Below, one piece after another: positions 58,031 through 64,000 of a stretch of DNA of 64,000 bases; within the stretch, counting starts at the first letter, position 1, and each line of letters starts with the position of its first letter. Origin of the DNA: an uncultured Gammaproteobacteria bacterium (GTDB lineage: Bacteria > Patescibacteriota > Microgenomatia > CAYSOG01); NCBI GenBank assembly GCA_964432675.1, contig CAYSOG010000003.1, positions 14,368-78,367 on the forward strand. Direction: 5' to 3'. The notes under the pieces were generated by a model that was not told where the DNA came from, did not search any database, and was given only the letters and a program-made list of their open reading frames with translations. The translations under genes and the position numbers were made by a program.

Positions 58031-59476
58031 TTAATTAGTATACTCCCACACAACCACTCCATTAAAGTTATGCTCACCAAAACGGTGGTAGCCGTTGGTT
58101 TCGATTGCTATTCTTTGCAGATCTTGGGGATCAAAAATATCTTGGACATAGCGCATTAACCAAATCGTCTTATATTCACCCGGATGAAACACCTTGGTTT
58201 CAGTGAATTGTGTCCGAGCACCATCATAGTAGCGAAAAGCGTCTGCCTGCTGGATATTAGGAAAAACTACTATGGATGGCCTTTGTGAATTGCTTTCGAT
58301 ATATGAAACCGCGCTTCGCCAATCTTCGCGATGAAATGACGAATGTGTATAGTAAGTAAAGAGTGAAAATGAATTAATAGCCACCACAAAGACTATTAGT
58401 AACCATCGAGCTGTCACATTCTTAAGATTACCGATTGCACAAGACAAAATGAGATAAAGGGCCGGTAAAACGAACAGGAACCGAAAGTAGTCGAATATGG
58501 ATAGTTTAACTGCAATAATACTCCCTACAACTAGTGGCACAAAAAGCCAAAAGTAAACAAGGCCTAATAAATCATGCCTTTGGTCATCGTCATTTTGTCT
58601 TAATAAGAATGACCTTGCCGTAAGTGGCCATGCGAGTAAGGCTCCAAAAATAGTAAGAGGTATTGCGACAAACAGTGCGTAAGTTATTTTATTACTAAAC
58701 GAAATTCTTCCAATGGAAAATTTTATGAACACTAAGGCAATACTTTTAACGGACAGTAAGCCCAAAGCCTTTGACCAAAGAGATAATGATGCAGTGTGCC
58801 CAAGCTGCAGTTGTCTGATAAATATCGGTACAAACGGCAGAAACGAGACTATAACAACTACTTGGCTTATAGCAAAATACGTAACAAACTGTTTTGAAAA
58901 ACTTTTTCGTCGGTAAAAAATAAAAAGCCAATAAACGATAAAAATAAACGTCGGTAAATAGTCAGTATAAAGGAGCAGTATATTTAAAAACGTAAACAGT
59001 AGCCATCGAACTACACTCTGCTGCTCAAGAACTTGAGTAAACATATAAACCGAAATTAAAACTAACAATGTTTCCAACGAGTACATTCTGGCTTCTTGAG
59101 AGTAATAAACGTGAAGCGGTGCTGTTGCTAATAATAGAGCGGTAATAAGTCCAATAGTGCGTCCAAAGAGTTTATTTCCGACAAGATATACTACCCAAAC
59201 GGATAAAACCCCACAAAGAATGGATAAATTTCTGGCACCAATTTCAGTGCTACCAAACAGTGATGTCCAGAACTTAAGGACAAGGTAATAAAGAGGCGGA
59301 TGGAAATCCGAAGCCGCAAATTGCGTAATAAGGCCGATATACGAATACGATTTTGCGGTTAATATCGAGGTTGCTTCATCAAGCCACAAACTTTGATTAA
59401 TGACAACTATTCTTAAGACGCATGCTATGAAAAGTATAAAAAGCAGAGTATTTCTTGGCGAAACAATAGTCCTCAT
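58031..59476 (-). CDS. glycosyltransferase family 39 (ArnT/PMT-like GT-C membrane glycosyltransferase)
   Basis: N-terminal LWLDEATSI-type motif (DE in loop 1) and 11-13 TM helices. Confidence 0.7.
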   Translation of the reverse strand: MRTIVSPRNTLLFILFIACVLRIVVINQSLWLDEATSILTAKSYSYIGLITQFAASDFHPPLYYLVLKFWTSLFGSTEIGARNLSILCGVLSVWVVYLVGNKLFGRTIGLITALLLATAPLHVYYSQEARMYSLETLLVLISVYMFTQVLEQQSVVRWLLFTFLNILLLYTDYLPTFIFIVYWLFIFYRRKSFSKQFVTYFAISQVVVIVSFLPFVPIFIRQLQLGHTASLSLWSKALGLLSVKSIALVFIKFSIGRISFSNKITYALFVAIPLTIFGALLAWPLTARSFLLRQNDDDQRHDLLGLVYFWLFVPLVVGSIIAVKLSIFDYFRFLFVLPALYLILSCAIGNLKNVTARWLLIVFVVAINSFSLFTYYTHSSFHREDWRSAVSYIESNSQRPSIVVFPNIQQADAFRYYDGARTQFTETKVFHPGEYKTIWLMRYVQDIFDPQDLQRIAIETNGYHRFGEHNFNGVVVWEYTN

Positions 59477-60693
59477 TAGTTTTGTCTAGCAACATTCTTT
59501 AACACGCCAAGTGTTGCGTCTGCGGCTTTTTCCCAACTGAAAGTGTTTGCAAAGGCAATACTAGCTTTTTGCCGCTTTTGGCGCTCATCTTTGGATAACG
59601 TAAGCACGTCTAAAATGGTTTTTGTCATTTCGTTAACGTTTTCAGGATCAAAGAGCCAACCTGGGCCGATTACTTCCGGAATAGAGGAAACGTTTGAACC
59701 TGCTACCAATGTACCACAAGCCATGGCTTCAACAAGCGGCATGCCAAAGCCTTCGTATAATGAAGGTAGTATATATAATAGTGCACCCGCATAAAGGTAT
59801 TGCACAACGTCGTCAGGAACGTAATCGGTAAATAAAACCCGATGCTCAATATTTAATTCTTTAACATGCTTAAAAATTTCTTCAAACAACCAGCCCTTTT
59901 TTCCAGCAATGACTAAGGTAATGTCTGGCTTGGCTTTAGACACTGGCGCAAAGGCATCGAGCAACCAAATAATATTTTTCCTTGGCTGCAAAGTTCCTAG
60001 GTAGAGAATGTAATCTTTGCTTATACCGTATGTTTGTTTCACCTGCGTAATCTTATTTTGGTCAATATTGGCCGTAAAGCGTTCTTTATTAAAACCATGG
60101 GGAATAGCGGTAACCTTGTTGGCAGGGTAGTTATAGAATGAAACAACATCGTTTTTGGCCGATTGCGATGGTGTAATAATATGTTGCGCTTTTTTCACCG
60201 AATAGGCAGTCCAATTTTTAAGTTGCTGTAAATCTTTTTTAAGAAAATATTGGGGAAATTTGAGATACGACAAGTCATGAATTGTAATAACAGTCGGACA
60301 AGGGCTAAAGCGTGGAGCATAATGCGCTGGTGAAAAGAAAACATCGAGTCGAGGTCGATCTAGAAACAGATGTACGGGCAAAGCAAACTGTGTCCAAAGA
60401 GGTTTCGGGCCGAATATACGATAGGTAATATTTTCCGTTGGCTGTTGAAAATCTAATCGCGGTTGGTTTTTTAAGAAAATTGATAATTGGTCCGCACCGA
60501 TAATTTTCGCAAGATGGACAAGTATTTCATAGGCGTACTGACCACTACCGACACGCTTTTCAACATTTGCTTCGTTTGCATCATAACCGATTAACATAAT
60601 AATTAGGTCATATAATTCTTCTGGGACTCTAAATTTTTCTCTTACACTAAACTTCTGTAAACATTTAACGTTTCTGTTGCAGCTTTTTCCCAC
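59476..60693 (-). CDS. glycosyltransferase family 4
   Basis: GT-B fold; C-terminal LYILPSLYEGFGMPLVEAMACGTLV. Confidence 0.8.
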   Translation of the reverse strand: MGKSCNRNVKCLQKFSVREKFRVPEELYDLIIMLIGYDANEANVEKRVGSGQYAYEILVHLAKIIGADQLSIFLKNQPRLDFQQPTENITYRIFGPKPLWTQFALPVHLFLDRPRLDVFFSPAHYAPRFSPCPTVITIHDLSYLKFPQYFLKKDLQQLKNWTAYSVKKAQHIITPSQSAKNDVVSFYNYPANKVTAIPHGFNKERFTANIDQNKITQVKQTYGISKDYILYLGTLQPRKNIIWLLDAFAPVSKAKPDITLVIAGKKGWLFEEIFKHVKELNIEHRVLFTDYVPDDVVQYLYAGALLYILPSLYEGFGMPLVEAMACGTLVAGSNVSSIPEVIGPGWLFDPENVNEMTKTILDVLTLSKDERQKRQKASIAFANTFSWEKAADATLGVLKNVARQN

Positions 60694-61901
60694 GAAAATT
60701 TTGCTGCTTGCTTTATACTTTTTTGCTGTGCCGTCTTGTAATCAGTTTCGGACATACTTAAAGCTTTTGACATACCTTCTGCAATACTATTCATATCTTT
60801 AGGGTCAATATAGATGGCAGCATCGCCCCCTACTTCTGGTAACGAAGAAGTGTTTGCCGTAACGACTGGAGTGCCACAAGCCATCGCTTCCAAGACCGGC
60901 AGGCCAAAGCCTTCGTATAATGCTGGGTAAATAAACATTTTAGCACCAGCATATAAATACGGTAAGTCTTGTTGCTTGATAAAGCCTGTCAAAATAACAT
61001 TCGGGGCTTGCTCTAATTTCTTTCCCCAACCAACACTGCCACCGATAATCAAGGTTGGAGGATTTTCTAGCTGTTTAAATGCCGTAACTAACCTCGACAA
61101 ATTTTTCCTTGGCTGCATTGTGCCGATACTGAGAATATACTCTTGCGGTATTGCATACTTTGTTTGGACTTGCTTAATCTTTTCTGCATCCTCTCTTACG
61201 CCTTCATTAAACATTGCATTAACACCCTCATACACAACACTTATCTTCTCAGGGTGAATACCTAAAAAGGCAAGTAAATCATCTCTTGTTGCCTGCGAAA
61301 CTGCGATAACAGCATCAGCTTCTGCTTTGACCCACCCTAGCCGTCTGCGTTGGACTTGCAATTGCTTTGGATGAAGCGTTTCGGGAAAATGGTAAGCCAC
61401 CAAATCATGAACAGTAGTAATCTTCTTGGCTTTTGATGGCGGCTGTGTCGCATCAGATGAATGAAAGATATCGACTTTACCAATGAATTTTTCAACCGAA
61501 AGAGTATGGAGGTCATTCCAAAGGATATTTAAAAGTGTGGGTGGAATTGAAACGAATTTGTGGTCGACCTTTTTAGGAAGGCTGTTTATAAACTGCTCAA
61601 GTTTTTGCTTTTGCCGTAGGCTCGCTCCAAAAAGGACAAAATCATCATTTGATTTGGCTAAAAGAGCATTTACTAACGCACTTGTATACGTTGCCGCACC
61701 CGTCCCGTCAAAAACTACCTGCGAAATATCTATGCCAACACGCATATCTTTCATTCTATTAGAGTGCATGCTAAAAAGAAAGCCGGGGGTAGTAGCCCCC
61801 GGCTGAAAAAGTTCGCGGATTAGGATTGCTAAACTATCACAATGGCTCGATTTGGCCAAATGGTTAGATTTGTATCCTAGAGTACGCCCTGATTGTCGCA
61901 A
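60642..61901 (-). CDS. glycosyltransferase family 4
   Basis: C-terminal FIYPALYEGFGLPVLEAMACGTPVV. The likely start is an internal Met (MKDMRVGID, about 61757-61769). Confidence 0.8.
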   Translation of the reverse strand: MRQSGRTLGYKSNHLAKSSHCDSLAILIRELFQPGATTPGFLFSMHSNRMKDMRVGIDISQVVFDGTGAATYTSALVNALLAKSNDDFVLFGASLRQKQKLEQFINSLPKKVDHKFVSIPPTLLNILWNDLHTLSVEKFIGKVDIFHSSDATQPPSKAKKITTVHDLVAYHFPETLHPKQLQVQRRRLGWVKAEADAVIAVSQATRDDLLAFLGIHPEKISVVYEGVNAMFNEGVREDAEKIKQVQTKYAIPQEYILSIGTMQPRKNLSRLVTAFKQLENPPTLIIGGSVGWGKKLEQAPNVILTGFIKQQDLPYLYAGAKMFIYPALYEGFGLPVLEAMACGTPVVTANTSSLPEVGGDAAIYIDPKDMNSIAEGMSKALSMSETDYKTAQQKSIKQAAKFSWEKAATETLNVYRSLV

Positions 61902-62140
61902 TGATGCAGTCGTTGTTCATTTGCTTGAATAATCTTTGAAGAAACCACAACCAACGCGCAACCAGAAATTAACAAGAGTGCTGACAAGAAAAGCCACGAT
62001 ACATGCCAGCTGTACTCCAATTTGGCGTTAATGATAGTCGCAGAGCCGATTACCATACCGAACCCAAGTGCCATCAGCAATAAAATAATCAGCTTATTTC
62101 TTCGGTTATCAAGCCGAAAACGTGCAAACATTACAGCCAA
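61877..62140 (-). CDS. small 2-3-TM membrane protein
   Basis: An 87-aa hydrophobic ORF in the glycan locus. Confidence 0.4.
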   Translation of the reverse strand: MAVMFARFRLDNRRNKLIILLLMALGFGMVIGSATIINAKLEYSWHVSWLFLSALLLISGCALVVVSSKIIQANEQRLHHCDNQGVL

Positions 62141-62150
62141 CCTCCTTTTG

Positions 62151-62444
62151 TTAAACTCTGTCTATAATTAACGCTTCACTATAAGCGTGAATGGCAATGC
62201 CTGGCATGTTTCTGACTTGCTCGAATTCGGCATGTTTAATTTCGGCAACAAACTGGGGTTTAAAGTTAGCTGATGGCCGCACATAATAATTGGCCATGAC
62301 ACAAGTAGTTAAGCCTTCAGCTTCCAATCGCTGGTTTACCATATCGGCTTTTACGGCTTCCGGCTTCCAGTCAACCTCGAGTATATAGATATGGGCCAGT
62401 ACTGCCCTTCGAACCATACGACAGGTTCGTCTACCAAGAGTCAT
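62151..62444 (-). CDS. hypothetical small protein (possible PD-(D/E)xK-like EVDWK motif)
   Basis: A 97-aa ORF with only a weak motif match. Confidence 0.35.
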   Translation of the reverse strand: MTLGRRTCRMVRRAVLAHIYILEVDWKPEAVKADMVNQRLEAEGLTTCVMANYYVRPSANFKPQFVAEIKHAEFEQVRNMPGIAIHAYSEALIIDRV

Positions 62445-62673
62445 TGCTCCACTCCTTACGTTTGGTTACGCCATTAAAAGTGTTAGTTGACTATCCGCAA
62501 ATTGTGAATGTACACGATATGAATAAGTTATTTATCTTGTTTTCACGAAAACGGCAGTATTGTCTACAAACAAAAAGACCATTCCTGCCAATTCGAGAAC
62601 ACAATACCATATTTATAGGCTAACCTCAATAGCAGAATAAAAACAGCTATATAAAGGAAGTACCGTAACAATC

Positions 62674-63501
62674 TTGCTTTTTGGTAAGCGCAAATCTACA
62701 ATGACCCATGTGGCAATCTTTACGCAATACAAAAAAAATCTTATTCCCTACCGTGACTTGCTCTGGCAATTAACCTTACGTGAGCTAAAAGGTAAATACA
62801 AACAGTCAGTTTTAGGGTATGCTTGGGTACTTTTAGTACCATTGATTAATTTAGTTGTTTTAAGTTTAGTATTTTCCCATCTCTTTAAAGTGCCTACAGG
62901 CCATGTCCCCTATCCTCTCTATTTATTTGTCGGTCTCGTACCGTGGACGTTTTTATCGAATGCGATTTCACTTGCAACAGTCAGTTTAGTTGCCAATAGC
63001 TCACTTATTACAAAGATTTATTTGCCACGGGAAATTTTTCCACTTTCCTCTGTTATTGCGAAGATTATTGATTTCTTATTGACAGCGGTCGTATTAGTAC
63101 TATTTATTATCTACTACAAAAGCGGATTTTATTGGACGTTAGCCTACGTTCCGCTTATTTTTTTCGTCCAGTTTATTTTAGTAACTGGCGTCGGACTAAT
63201 TTTGTCAGCAATGAATGTTTTTTATCGCGATGTCGAGCATTTGCTTGGTGTTTTTTTGCTCATGTGGATGTACTTAACGCCGATTATTTATTCACCTGAA
63301 CTAATACCGAAAAACCTTCGGCCTTGGTTTAGTCTTAATCCTATGACAGGTATTATTAATGCCTATCGGAACACCGTATTATATGGTGTTTCACCTGCTT
63401 GGACTTCCTTTTTGTTCTCTGCCATAATTTCAATTGCGATCTTCATAATAGGCTATGCCTTTTTTATTCGCAGGTCGAAATATTTTGCTGATAGTATATA
63501 G
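62674..63501 (+). CDS. ABC-2-type polysaccharide/teichoic-acid exporter permease (Wzm/TagG-like)
   Basis: Six TM helices and an ABC-2 signature region; directly followed by the ATPase gene. Confidence 0.8.
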   Translation: MLFGKRKSTMTHVAIFTQYKKNLIPYRDLLWQLTLRELKGKYKQSVLGYAWVLLVPLINLVVLSLVFSHLFKVPTGHVPYPLYLFVGLVPWTFLSNAISLATVSLVANSSLITKIYLPREIFPLSSVIAKIIDFLLTAVVLVLFIIYYKSGFYWTLAYVPLIFFVQFILVTGVGLILSAMNVFYRDVEHLLGVFLLMWMYLTPIIYSPELIPKNLRPWFSLNPMTGIINAYRNTVLYGVSPAWTSFLFSAIISIAIFIIGYAFFIRRSKYFADSI

Positions 63502-63542
63502 GTTTTACATGACAAATAAGTTATGCATTTCTATATCCATTT

Positions 63543-64000
63543 ATGAATAACACAGTCGTCCAATTTGAAAATGTGAGCAAGCGGTATTCATTAGGAAAGT
63601 CACTGCTCTTAAAAGAAGCGATCCTCGATGTATTTCGCCATGATCAAACCAAGGACTTTTGGGCACTTTCTAATGTTCGTTTCAGTATCCAAAAAGGTGA
63701 AACATTAGGTATCATTGGTGTCAACGGTTCAGGTAAAAGTACAATTCTCAAACTTATTGCCGGAGTAATTTTGCCAACGAAAGGCACAGTAACAGTCGAC
63801 GGAAAAATATCACCGCTCATTGAACTAGGAGCTGGATTCCACTCAGAACTTTCGGGGCGCGAAAATGTCTACCTAAATGGTACAATTCTAGGCTTAACAA
63901 AAAAACAAATTGACAGGCGGTTTGACACAATTGTTCAATTTGCCGAACTTGAGGAATTTATCGATACGCCGGTAAAACACTATTCTTCAGGCATGTTTAT
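63543..64000 (+). CDS. ABC transporter ATP-binding protein (Wzt/TagH-like), 5' part; continues beyond the window
   Basis: Manual translation gives MNNTVVQFENVSKRY...GIIGVNGSGKST (Walker A). No stop falls inside the window. Confidence 0.85.
   Translation, partial: MNNTVVQFENVSKRYSLGKSLLLKEAILDVFRHDQTKDFWALSNVRFSIQKGETLGIIGVNGSGKSTILKLIAGVILPTKGTVTVDGKISPLIELGAGFHSELSGRENVYLNGTILGLTKKQIDRRFDTIVQFAELEEFIDTPVKHYSSGMF

Overview
This 64-kb window looks like a compact bacterial genome of roughly 40% GC, judging by eye from the sequence. Ribosome-binding sites are of the GGAGG type. The Gram-positive-type GlyRS (glyQS), DUF4012, PMT/TMTC-like glycosyltransferases and the idiosyncratic gene order fit a small-genome Gram-positive-type or CPR-like lineage, but that is inference only. 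The layout, left to right, is: (1) an edge pfkB kinase, a GC-atypical HEPN-like gene abutting tRNA-Val(CAC), then lepB and parB. (2) A minus-strand run of rplU, a THUMP RNA methyltransferase, rpmA, a SEDS protein, ileS, an acidic hypothetical, an MFS transporter and a TPR/TMTC-like membrane protein. (3) A long but non-canonical division and cell-wall (dcw) cluster on the minus strand. It reads mraZ, rsmH, a split ftsL, ftsI, a 1-kb GC-rich basic-ORF segment, a murE-like ligase, a GlmU-type nucleotidyltransferase, a HAD hydrolase, murC, murB, murA, mraY, a PP-loop ATPase (MurL-like), murD, two small ORFs, ftsW, murG, ftsQ, ftsA, a small ORF and ftsZ. (4) Three tandem paralogous two-TM miniproteins, then glyQS and recO. 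(5) A large envelope-glycan locus: MarR, DUF4012, a priming sugar transferase, five GT4, two GT2, an O-antigen-ligase-like protein, GT39, a hexapeptide acetyltransferase, glmS with a long structured leader, purC, and a Wzm/Wzt ABC exporter that runs off the window end. The least explained items are the GC-rich basic/Pro-rich segment inside the dcw cluster, the MurL-like gene next to murD, the split ftsL, the tandem miniprotein array, a perfect 3x29-bp tandem repeat, and repeated promoter-like motifs around an extra gene between ftsA and ftsZ.
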